Source: Spirochaetota bacterium
GTDB lineage: Bacteria > Spirochaetota > UBA4802 > JAFGJZ01
Assembly: GCA_027858855.1 (NCBI GenBank)
Contig: JAQIBV010000038.1
Location: 31,966-95,965 of the forward strand
DNA: 64,000 bases
Direction of reading: 5' to 3'
In this document: in pieces, positions 39,485 through 48,792 of the stretch
How positions within the stretch are numbered: position 1 is the stretch's first letter
Layout of the letters: the number at the start of each line of letters is the position of its first letter
The notes under the pieces: model-generated
Seen by the model: only the letters and a program-made list of their open reading frames with translations
Told to the model about the DNA's origin: nothing
Databases searched by the model: none
Translations under genes and position numbers: made by a program

Positions 39485-40264
39485 TTATTCCGTCATTTTC
39501 ACACCATATACCTGGTCTGTTTCATTGTTGATATGAAGATGTGTGTCATCATTTGAAAATGAGTATGTGCTGCCTGTATATTGATTATTGATCTCATCAG
39601 AGTTGAAATATGAGATAACACCATCCTTTGCAACCATGCTGTCGGCCATTTTTTCGCCACGCTCCCAGGTTGCATCAGTTAATAGAAGCTCGTATAAAAC
39701 TGCATTTTGGGTTATTTCAAAACCGTAAACCTTGGTATTTGAGTCATAGTGGTCAGTTGTCTTAATCCAACGACCAACCAGTTTTGCGTCAACAATGTAG
39801 TAGTAGATGTGAATGAAAACCGAACGGTATGACTTGCCGTCTTTTGTCAGTATTATACATAGAACATTACTGCCAGGTTTGAGTTTAATAGAGGTTGTAA
39901 CAATTTGCTGCGTTCCATCATGATCAACATCGTAAAAGACGCCATTGAGCCAGACCTGGATGGTTACATCTGAAAAGCGGGCCCGTGATGCTAAGGATTC
40001 GGGAATAGTTATACTGACATCAACATCTTCTGAGTCAGTTGTTCCTACGTCTGCTCCAACAGTATCGTCTACTGATGTGTCATTAACTGTGACAGCCATA
40101 TCAACTTCTTCAGTATCCTCTGGACTGTTGTCGTAGTCTGATGCCATTTTATCCACTTCGTTAATTAATTCGACTTTGTTAGTATCGTCGTTTTCAGACT
40201 CGCTACCGCAGGATAAAAAGAGGGTTGCTGCAATACAAATAATTAATAATGTTTTTAATCTCAT
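39485..40264 (-). CDS. Hypothetical acidic lipoprotein
   Basis: Lipobox FLSC; RBS AGGAGAG; Ig-like LKPGSN segment. Confidence 0.7.
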   Translation of the reverse strand: MRLKTLLIICIAATLFLSCGSESENDDTNKVELINEVDKMASDYDNSPEDTEEVDMAVTVNDTSVDDTVGADVGTTDSEDVDVSITIPESLASRARFSDVTIQVWLNGVFYDVDHDGTQQIVTTSIKLKPGSNVLCIILTKDGKSYRSVFIHIYYYIVDAKLVGRWIKTTDHYDSNTKVYGFEITQNAVLYELLLTDATWERGEKMADSMVAKDGVISYFNSDEINNQYTGSTYSFSNDDTHLHINNETDQVYGVKMTE

Positions 40265-40556
40265 TTACTGCTCTCCTGACCTGATTTTTTAAAGAGGAGT
40301 TCTATATGGTCAACAGATTGGCCGAGGCTTTTTTCAGAAAAGAATAAAACTTTGTAGTGTCCTCTTGCAACAAAATCCAATCATTGAATTTTATGTTAAT
40401 TTAGTTGAATATTTTAAATAGTCAAGCTATTTTCGGGACATAAAGGATTAATACAAACTTTTATTCGAACCCGGATAGATGAAACTGGTTGCAGAGCTGG
40501 TATCTGGTTAAATTTCTTCAAAGCTCTCTTTTCTAAAAAATCCAGGTGATAAGTTA

Positions 40557-41235
40557 ATGGTAACTTCCGTAGAAACTGGAAAAGAGAGCGAAGTCCAAGG
40601 CGAAACGTTAGTGGATGTTGAGCCTCTTGTGTTTGAGGATCAACCCGGTGCTGCCCCTAAGGTTGAGGCGCGTCTGGACGAGTTTGCTCCAGTTGTTGAT
40701 ATAATCGGAGGAATTTATTTTAGCGGATTGTATCACAACAGCGGTGAAGCTGTCATAACTTATCCCAAGGTTACAGTCTATTATGCACGATGCGAGTGGA
40801 AAAATCCTTGTTAGTGGCTACGGTTATGGAACGCGAAGTTTTTTGCTGCCTGGTGAAAAAACAGTAATACGAGCTCTTATCACGAAAGCGCCGGACTATG
40901 ATCATTTTACTGTTGAGTATACACCCAAAGCTCCCTCTGTTCATACACAAGTGAATCGTATGAAAATGGCCGTAATCAGTTCGCAGATGGAATTTTCAGG
41001 TAATGGCAGGCTGGATATAATAGGAACTGTTAAGAATAATGATAATCGAAACTGCAGCAGTTTTAAACTTCAGGCTCTTGTTTACAGAGATGGAAATATA
41101 ATTGGATCGGGCCTTGAAGTATGGACAAGCAATGTTGCTCCTTCGCAGCAGGTTCCGTTTTCTATGTACATACCTATGGCAATTGATGCTGCCGACTCTT
41201 ACGTAATTGACATTAGCGGAGAGCCGGCTTTATGA
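40557..41235 (+). pseudogene. Tandem FxLYD-domain protein split by a frameshift near 40780-40790
   Basis: GLYHNSG..YPKVTVYY continues in another frame as HDASGKILVSG..LLPGEKT; second domain GTVKNN..LVYRDGNIIG..VAPSQQVPF. Confidence 0.6.
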
Positions 41236-41284
41236 GTGTTGACTGCCTCTGATAATTAACTTTTTAACAGATGTCATTGGGCAT

Positions 41285-42328
41285 TTATAAAATATCTATA
41301 TATTTGCCGTACATCCAGCCGTTTACACCCTGCTTTGTCCTGATTCGGTACCAGGTCTCGCCGGTTATGCGTTTTACTGAGGCCTTGTCAACGACTCCGG
41401 TTATGGTTTTACCGTCTTTAATTGGATATCTTACCAGAAATCCGTCATCTCTTTCTTCTACAATGTAGATGCCTTTGCCTGCATCCAGTTTGATTTTTTT
41501 CCCAGACTCCATTGTCAACTGTGTCAGCCCCGAGAGTACAGCATCGTTTTCCATTGCAGTACTTTTTTTAGCCGTAACAGTTACCTCTGCTCCTTTTTGC
41601 AGTTGGCGTATTGCGTCGGATGTAACATTTGGCTCAGTACGGATGTTAACATTCGTTCCGTTAATCACTCCTGAAAGATTAACATCTATAATTTCGTTTT
41701 TAATCGGATCTGTTGTCTCTTCGGTAACAGGGGGCTGTTGTATGCTATTGTTTTCGGTTTTGCTCATCTGAAAAAGTGTAAAGGTTATAGCACCAATTAT
41801 AATAATGGTTCCCAGGGCTGCCCCAATAAAGAGAGGGTTTGTTCCAGAAGAGAGTTTTTTTTGACTTTTTTTGGCGGTTTTTTGGGGAGCGGTTCCGGCG
41901 TCACTGGCTTGATGAGCTGCTTTTGGGGCTTTCTTTTCTTTAAGGGAGTGAGCCAAAACGGTCTGCTGTTTATGGCGTAGTTCAAGTTCTTTCTGTATCT
42001 CTTTTAGTCGTGAATGGTTGTTTTTGTTAGTTGTACTGTCATTTGAAGATTTGGATAATTCTTTATTTATAGTGGTCTGCTCACGCTTTAGTGATCTTAT
42101 TTTCTTTTCTATATCAAGCAGTGTCTGATGCACGCTCTTTTCGAGTGTGACTAACTCGTTTTTTGCAACATCAACAAGTTGTTTATATTCAGAGACGGCC
42201 GCCTTGTATCGTTCCTTATCCAGGGTTTTCTTTTTTGTTTTAATTTGTTGTTGTTTTGACTTCAATGCTGAAAGGTCATTACGCAGCTGAGCTAATCTTT
42301 TAAGGTCTTTTGATGTAATCTTATTCAT
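41285..42328 (-). CDS. Coiled-coil, single-TM, SH3b-domain protein
   Basis: K/E/Q-rich coiled coil; TM LFIGAALGTIIIIGAITFTLF; GTNVNIRTEPN; WYRI..GWMYGKYI. Confidence 0.75.
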   Translation of the reverse strand: MNKITSKDLKRLAQLRNDLSALKSKQQQIKTKKKTLDKERYKAAVSEYKQLVDVAKNELVTLEKSVHQTLLDIEKKIRSLKREQTTINKELSKSSNDSTTNKNNHSRLKEIQKELELRHKQQTVLAHSLKEKKAPKAAHQASDAGTAPQKTAKKSQKKLSSGTNPLFIGAALGTIIIIGAITFTLFQMSKTENNSIQQPPVTEETTDPIKNEIIDVNLSGVINGTNVNIRTEPNVTSDAIRQLQKGAEVTVTAKKSTAMENDAVLSGLTQLTMESGKKIKLDAGKGIYIVEERDDGFLVRYPIKDGKTITGVVDKASVKRITGETWYRIRTKQGVNGWMYGKYIDIL

Positions 42329-42604
42329 CTATTTGTACTCTCACTTTTGATTAAAGAATAATTTCTGCAAAAGAATAGTTAAATCCTGTATATGTATAAG
42401 TAAAAGAAAGAAAGTGGGTTACAGTCAAGCTGTTTTTCTGCAACAGGCATTTTGTCATAAGGTAGTGCTATTTTCATGTAGACCCCCACTTTTCCAAATT
42501 GACATCTAAAAATAGTGAGTAATAAAATGTAGTCAAGCCATAACAGTAATGATTAAACAGTTAAAAAAGGGAGCATATTAAATCTGACGTTAACATGTTT
42601 GTTT

Positions 42605-43216
42605 CTATTTTTGTTTCAGGTGAATTTCGGTGATCTGGTTAACTGTAGTTTGCACCAATTCATCAAAGGGCTGGCCTCCGTCTATAATAATGTCGGCACT
42701 TGTTCGCGACGGATAAATTACTGAATCGAAAAAGGGTTTCGCCTGTGAAAACATTTTATGCTTAATGAAACTATCACTCTGTTTCAGTTTTTTTGAGTAG
42801 TGATCGTAACGCCTCTCATCGCGTAGACTCTCTTGCGTATCGATGAAGATTTTAAGTGAGGCTTGTTTGTTAATTTCCGCGAAACAGAAGGCAAAGATTC
42901 CTTCAAGAATGAGTATGTCACATTCATTTAAATTAAGGGATCCGGATTGACTGTGGGTTTTAAACTCAAAAGTTTTTATTGTTACCGGTTTTTTTTTGAT
43001 TATTTCTGTGCAGCAATTTATCAGGTATTCGCTGTTTACCGACTGTAAACAGTCGAAATTGTGGTCGTACAGGTCGGTTCCCTTCGGGATTTCGGAGTAG
43101 AACATGTCGGTTGAAAGCAGGGCGCTATTCAGACCTGTTTTTTGCAGTTCTTCGACAAGTTGGGAAGCAAAGAGTGATTTTCCAGCTCGGCTTCCTCCGG
43201 ATATCAGTATAAGCAT
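42605..43216 (-). CDS. Uridine kinase-family P-loop kinase
   Basis: ILISGGSRAGKS; DMFY; HNFD; ILILEGIFAF; KIFIDT; PSRTSADIII. Confidence 0.75.
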   Translation of the reverse strand: MLILISGGSRAGKSLFASQLVEELQKTGLNSALLSTDMFYSEIPKGTDLYDHNFDCLQSVNSEYLINCCTEIIKKKPVTIKTFEFKTHSQSGSLNLNECDILILEGIFAFCFAEINKQASLKIFIDTQESLRDERRYDHYSKKLKQSDSFIKHKMFSQAKPFFDSVIYPSRTSADIIIDGGQPFDELVQTTVNQITEIHLKQK

Positions 43217-43519
43217 TTTTTCTCCATAAAGACTGGTTGTATGTTGTGGCTAATTTTGTTCAGAATAGAAAAAGCTGATAACTTATAGATGCATGTGCAA
43301 AAAGCCTGTCAACAGAAAAGGACTGTAACTGTTTATGTTCTTAAATTAGGTGGAAAAAACAGTTGTAAAATTTTAGTTACAGAGCAGTATTAGGGCAACT
43401 CCTACGATAATTATGAAATAGAAGCCGGTGAGTAATATACTTTCTGAGTAAGATGACAGGTTTGTATTTTCCGAGAAGGAGTTTAAGTAATTAAACAGGA
43501 AAACTGGTAAACAGATAAT

Positions 43520-44335
43520 ATGAAACTTTCAGAACAAGAGACAGCGCAACTTCTTGAACGACTGCGCAATCGGTATGATGAATATAGTAAAAAGTATAAC
43601 CCGGCCTGGTTTAACAGAAATACCTTCGAAGACCGAGTTACCTTTGCCTATGAAAACCGTATGGATATGTCGGCATTTATACTAGCCGAAGTTGCCAACT
43701 TTGAAAAAATGAAAGAGAAGTACGAGAAGCAGAAAGAGCGCAGTTCCTTCGCTAATAAAGTAGATAAAATAATTGAAGAGCAGATGGAGCGGATAAGTAA
43801 ATATCCGCGAATGGAGTTTCATCCTCGTGCCGGAATAGAGATATCTCACATGTACGGAGCATTATATCATCTGGCTGATCGTCTGTACCCTGTTTTGTGG
43901 CTCATTGTAGACGATACATCTTCCCGTGAAAAGCTACAACAGCTTGAATCAGAGCTTTTCCATTTTGCTCAGCCGACGTTAAGCCGTTTACCCAGATTTA
44001 CAGAAGATTATGCTCTGTTGTTGGCACGGCCGAATTTAAGTGAACTGGAGGTCGAGAAGGGTAAAAACAACTATCTGAAAGAGGCGGCCTTTCTTCTTTT
44101 CCATATTGCTGCTTTCTGTGATTATCTTATTAAAAATCCGGGGTCACTTTTTGAACACCCAGTTAGTTTTTCACGTGGTTACGAGAGTGCCGAAAAAAAG
44201 AAAAAACTTTCTGAAGAGTTCAGCTCATTAACCGGGTTTGGCGCTGTATTCAAGATTAAGCACTACTGTGAAGACCTTGTGGCCGATTTTAGGTTGACTG
44301 CTTTTCGTCCGGTAAACACTTCTTCATACAAATAA
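43520..44335 (+). CDS. Hypothetical helical protein
   Basis: 271-aa ORF with ATG start; 47-bp convergent overlap with the next gene. Confidence 0.65.
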   Translation: MKLSEQETAQLLERLRNRYDEYSKKYNPAWFNRNTFEDRVTFAYENRMDMSAFILAEVANFEKMKEKYEKQKERSSFANKVDKIIEEQMERISKYPRMEFHPRAGIEISHMYGALYHLADRLYPVLWLIVDDTSSREKLQQLESELFHFAQPTLSRLPRFTEDYALLLARPNLSELEVEKGKNNYLKEAAFLLFHIAAFCDYLIKNPGSLFEHPVSFSRGYESAEKKKKLSEEFSSLTGFGAVFKIKHYCEDLVADFRLTAFRPVNTSSYK

Positions 44336-45956
44336 CTGTTACGTCATCATCCACTGCTGAATAGTCCATAAATGAATAGACTGACCCAAGAACAGAGTGG
44401 AGTATGTCAATTGGTTTCGAGTGGCGGATGGCATGTTTGAACTGCTTTTTTAATCTCTCTCCTCCATACAGCTCTTTTCTTTCAGGGTTTGGCGCTTCGA
44501 TTAGTCCATCAGTGTATACAAAAATAGTGTCATCAGTATTAAATTCCAATGTCTGCTGTTCAAATTCTGCATTTTCAAAGAGACCGATAATCGGACCGGT
44601 TTGTCCCAGTTCAATAATTTTCTTGCTGGATGATTTGTAAAAAAAAGCTGTTGGATGTCCGGTTGAAACAAAGCTGATAGTGTTGGTTTCGAAGTTTATC
44701 TGCCATAAAAACATGGTGGCAAAGTAGTAAATTTCGCGTGCTGTCTGTGTCAGTATTTTATTTACAGTTGTGGTTATACGAGCCGGCTCTTCAAGTTGTG
44801 GTGATATAGAGCGTATGATTGAACGGATTGCCGAACCGATGTAGGAGGATGCCATTCCATGTCCGCATACATCGCAGACTACTATCTGATAAATATTTCT
44901 GCTAATATAAAAGGCATCAAAAAAATCTCCCGAAATTTCGTCCATCGGTATAAAGGTAGAGGCGATGCTGTACCCCGGAACTTCTTTAAAGTCGGGTAGG
45001 AGTGAGACCTGAATTGTTCGAACCCGGTGTATTTCTTTGCGCTCTTTTTCGATCTCTGTTTGCAGGCGGTTTTTTGTGTCAATATCGGTGCCCTTAAGGT
45101 TGATGAAATCAAGATACAGCTTCATCATTTCGACCGATTCGTCGGGAAGCGGGTGAGTCGTTTGCAGACTTACAATGCCGGTATCACGATGGTTAAACAT
45201 AATACGGTAGATGTAGACATATATTGAATAGTTTCTGGTTTTAATGCGGAAAGTCGAGCTGCTCTTTTCCCCGTTAATAATATCTGGTTTAAGGTTCAAC
45301 AGTTTTTTGTAGCCAAGAAACTTAATCCTTGGGGAGCGGTTTATCTGGAAAAGGTTATCGGATTGATCTGAAAAAAGCACAATTTCGCAGAAGGGACAGT
45401 CCATAATATTGATAACGTCTTCTATAGAAGAGATGATGTCTGTTTTTGTAATTTCGTTAATATTATTGTTGATTATAGATGTCAGCTTATAAAGTTTTTT
45501 GTTAAAGAGCTTCATCTCGTCGTACAACTGTTTCAGGTTATGTTTTGATAATATGTTTTCAGACAGAATATTGATTTTTGCCAGAAGTTCTGTGGGGAAA
45601 AACGGTTTGCGTATATAATCTGTAGCTCCGGCACTGTAGGAGTCGTTTACAGTTTTCTCTCCGGTATCGCCGGTCATTACGATTATTATGGCGTCGTTGT
45701 GAACAGAGCCTGCCCGTATTTCCCGGCACAGCTCAAGTCCGTTGCCATCAGGAAGGTGCAGGTCCAGTAAAAGTATATCCGGGCGAAAAGAGAGAAATCG
45801 CTCCTTAAACTGCTGCGCTGTTGTTACGTGCTCAAACTCGAACTGTTCTTTCAGCATCTCTTCAAGCATTTTGCCAATTGACACATCGTCTTCAAGAGCC
45901 AGAAGACGCAGGGTGTTGAGCTTCTTTTTCCTAATCTGATTATGCATTGATTTCAT
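44289..45956 (-). CDS. Response regulator receiver fused to PP2C/SpoIIE (RsbU-like) phosphatase
   Basis: LEDD, LDLHLPDGNG, KPF; IQVSLLP; ISGDFFD; CDVCGHG; YTDGLIE; DDDVT. Confidence 0.9.
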   Translation of the reverse strand: MKSMHNQIRKKKLNTLRLLALEDDVSIGKMLEEMLKEQFEFEHVTTAQQFKERFLSFRPDILLLDLHLPDGNGLELCREIRAGSVHNDAIIIVMTGDTGEKTVNDSYSAGATDYIRKPFFPTELLAKINILSENILSKHNLKQLYDEMKLFNKKLYKLTSIINNNINEITKTDIISSIEDVINIMDCPFCEIVLFSDQSDNLFQINRSPRIKFLGYKKLLNLKPDIINGEKSSSTFRIKTRNYSIYVYIYRIMFNHRDTGIVSLQTTHPLPDESVEMMKLYLDFINLKGTDIDTKNRLQTEIEKERKEIHRVRTIQVSLLPDFKEVPGYSIASTFIPMDEISGDFFDAFYISRNIYQIVVCDVCGHGMASSYIGSAIRSIIRSISPQLEEPARITTTVNKILTQTAREIYYFATMFLWQINFETNTISFVSTGHPTAFFYKSSSKKIIELGQTGPIIGLFENAEFEQQTLEFNTDDTIFVYTDGLIEAPNPERKELYGGERLKKQFKHAIRHSKPIDILHSVLGSVYSFMDYSAVDDDVTVICMKKCLPDEKQST

Positions 45957-46027
45957 ACTTATAATGTATCATAGCGGAAGGAATAAATCAAGCTTTTGTA
46001 TTATTTTGGTTGCTGTAAGATTTCAAG

Positions 46028-48505
46028 TTAGCTTACATCAATAGTCCGTTTAAGAGCCTTATCCGATTTCATGTAGTAAGAGCATCTTTTTATAAAGTGT
46101 TGTGAAGGGCCGTCTCCGCTGTACAGGCGTGTAGCTTTGCGGAAAAATTGTCGTGCTTCTTTAAATTGCTTCTGGTAAAACAGGCGTTGTCCCTCTTCGT
46201 ACAGAGACAAAAAGTCTGATAGTGCCGCATAAAGATCCTGTCTTCCCATGATCTGATACAGGTTGGTGGTAATGTTACAGTTAGCGAATTTCACACGGTC
46301 AAGGTTGCGCCAGGTGTACAGAGTCTCGATCCGATTCAGGGCGTCTTCTGTAATAACAAGAGGTGCGTCGTATTCAAGACTAATTTTTATCATAGAGCGG
46401 ACGACACTAAGAACTGTACCATAAAGTGTAAGCAGATTATAGTCTCCGCGTGAAGAGATTCGTGAAGCCAGTTGTGCGTAGTCAATCGCAGCTAAAAAGT
46501 CAAGAGTCAGAGACTTTTTACTCATCAATTTACTTTTATTTATTCCGCCTATTGTTTTTTGAAAAATCAGAGCCGTTTCAACAGCGTCGGTGACCGGTTC
46601 GCTGGTCGCAAAACCCAGGCCGTAGGCGCTGCAAAAGATACCTCGTTCAAGTGACACAAGGACTCCTTCTCTTCCTTCACACTCAATTCTGAATGAGTTA
46701 TTCAGAGTCAAGATCATTTTATCAAAGTCACGAGCAGAAAGTTGGGAGGCAATTTCTGGCAGGTTCTGTATCTGTATATAAAGAAGTGTAGCGTTTGCTG
46801 TCTCGGGAATACGTATCGGTTTAATGCTGCTTGCGATTTTCTCAATTGTTATTGGTGAAATATTAAGCCCGGCCTTCTTTCGTAAAGACAGAAACCAGGC
46901 AACCCTTACCTTTTGCTCTACAAACATGCCTGTGCACGCAAGAAAAAACAGAATATGAATGTAGCCGGTTTCAATATATACTCCAAAAAATTGAAATATA
47001 AGATAAATAATCAGGTTAACAAAAAGAAACAGTATACCTGTTTTTTTTAGCCCTATAGTCAGGGGGTATTTATAGAAAACAATATAAATAAGAGCGGCTG
47101 CAAAAAGAAGAAATATAAATTGAATAACTGATCCGCCCATGTTGGCGCCTCTGTTGTCACGAAGATTGGCCAGAATCAACGCGCTCTGATATCCCGGGGT
47201 GTTGTAGCTACCAAAAAAACGGGGAGAGGCAAGGTGGGCGTAAGCTGTGTGAGACTCCTGCTCTATGAAGAGGGTCTTCCCTTTCAGAGCCTCGAAAGGC
47301 TTAAGTTTCTGTTCAATTGTGTCAACAGCTTTCAGGGCTTCGGCAATGCCTCTTTTTTCGCGAGGGGTCAACTCGTTTGTGTTAAGCGAACTGGCCTTGG
47401 AGTAGATGATGGAACCAATTCGATTCGTATCCTCTTCGGCAGAAAGATACATCTCCCGTAAAATCGGGTCTTCAGGGTGTGAAACAGCCCGTTGTAACAG
47501 TTGCAGAAGACCATCTGAAATATCAGAAAATTCACTGTTTCCCGTATAGAATGCCAACAGAGAGAGGTGTGTATTCTTCTCGTGCATAAGGTCAGAATAG
47601 TTCATTAGTGTAGTAAAATTTATATTGAGTATCGGATTTTTCTGAAATGGGGTGTCGTAGTAATAGGGTAGAAATTTTTTGCTCGTGTAGTTAGCGTTTT
47701 TCTTTTTACTGTTGTTATATATGGCAAGGGAAACATGAGTGTAATCTTTGCCATCTGTCCGGTAGTGCAGTGGAAGCGCTTTTCCTCCAGTAAAAAGAGG
47801 TATAAAGGTACCTGATAAATCTATTATGTCTGATAAGTTTTCATCAGCGAATGTAATATCTGATGATGTATTGTCGAGGCTGTTGTTGGTTTTATCTTTT
47901 TTGTTATTTTGCAGTAAAGAAATCAAATAAGGAAAGTAGAGTGTTGTTGTGCCGTTATGACTGTTTTTAGAACCTGTATTCAGTCCTTGATCGGTTTTAG
48001 TTAAAAGATCAAAGGAAAACTGTTCGCCGGATGCTATCTTTTCGAATAAATTTCGACTTATGTGCAGTGAAGAACTGTAAGAAACAGCTCCGCAAATAAC
48101 TACAGTTTCGGCTCCGGCGATACGAGCGGTTGCGGCTGCCTGAATCAGGGTTGTAGCAGCGGCTGTGTGGTCAGGAAGCGAACTATAGGCTACTGTTTCG
48201 CTTGAATGAAAAGGCAGTGAAAGCGAATATGACAATCTGTAAAGGAAGGTGCTGTAACCTCTGTAAAAAGGGGCGAGTAAAAGGGTTAACAGTATCAGAA
48301 TGATTAATAGAGCTGTTCGGCTGTAGTTTTGATCCTTAAGCAGGATTATTATTCTTTTTAGTATCAAACCGTTTACCTGTTTGTTTTTAAATGACTTTTG
48401 ACTGTTCTGTATTATGGAACCAGAAGATGTTTTGCTAATAATTGCATTAAGTCGTGAACGGGTAACCCGAAAGATCAATTGATCAGAGCTGTGATTCCCT
48501 GTCAA
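46028..48505 (-). CDS. Membrane protein with CHASE2-like region, degenerate adenylate/guanylate cyclase domain and C-terminal TPR; start uncertain
   Basis: LKGKTLFI..SP..PGYQSALILANL, three TM helices, cyclase-like fold without catalytic residues, DGPSQHFIKRC tail. Confidence 0.6.
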   Translation of the reverse strand: MTGNHSSDQLIFRVTRSRLNAIISKTSSGSIIQNSQKSFKNKQVNGLILKRIIILLKDQNYSRTALLIILILLTLLLAPFYRGYSTFLYRLSYSLSLPFHSSETVAYSSLPDHTAAATTLIQAAATARIAGAETVVICGAVSYSSSLHISRNLFEKIASGEQFSFDLLTKTDQGLNTGSKNSHNGTTTLYFPYLISLLQNNKKDKTNNSLDNTSSDITFADENLSDIIDLSGTFIPLFTGGKALPLHYRTDGKDYTHVSLAIYNNSKKKNANYTSKKFLPYYYDTPFQKNPILNINFTTLMNYSDLMHEKNTHLSLLAFYTGNSEFSDISDGLLQLLQRAVSHPEDPILREMYLSAEEDTNRIGSIIYSKASSLNTNELTPREKRGIAEALKAVDTIEQKLKPFEALKGKTLFIEQESHTAYAHLASPRFFGSYNTPGYQSALILANLRDNRGANMGGSVIQFIFLLFAAALIYIVFYKYPLTIGLKKTGILFLFVNLIIYLIFQFFGVYIETGYIHILFFLACTGMFVEQKVRVAWFLSLRKKAGLNISPITIEKIASSIKPIRIPETANATLLYIQIQNLPEIASQLSARDFDKMILTLNNSFRIECEGREGVLVSLERGIFCSAYGLGFATSEPVTDAVETALIFQKTIGGINKSKLMSKKSLTLDFLAAIDYAQLASRISSRGDYNLLTLYGTVLSVVRSMIKISLEYDAPLVITEDALNRIETLYTWRNLDRVKFANCNITTNLYQIMGRQDLYAALSDFLSLYEEGQRLFYQKQFKEARQFFRKATRLYSGDGPSQHFIKRCSYYMKSDKALKRTIDVS

Positions 48506-48639
48506 TTATAGTATGAATATTATCCTCTGTACTATGTTATTATTGAACTGTGAAAAGCTTTTATATTTTCGAGGTTATTCTTCAATGCTTATATATTTAG
48601 AACAAATTTCAACAAGTTTACTGTTGTAATAATTCTTGT

Positions 48640-48662
48640 TGACTGATCGTGGCGGTCAGTCA
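48640..48662 (+). promoter_or_regulatory. Palindromic operator (TetR-like) over the -35 box upstream of the RND gene
   Basis: TGACTGA-TCGTGGCGG-TCAGTCA overlapping TTGACT at 48639; hairpin ATTGTTCTGATT/AATCAGAACAAT follows at about 48681-48717. Confidence 0.5.
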
Positions 48663-48792
48663 TAGAAAGTTAGGATTCTTATTGTTCTGATTTTAAAGTT
48701 TGCAGAATCAGAACAATATGAGTTTCCGGCAAAATATGTGAAAATACAGTTAATCAAAGTAATTCAGATAAAAGTAATCCAGGAGTTGTGCA

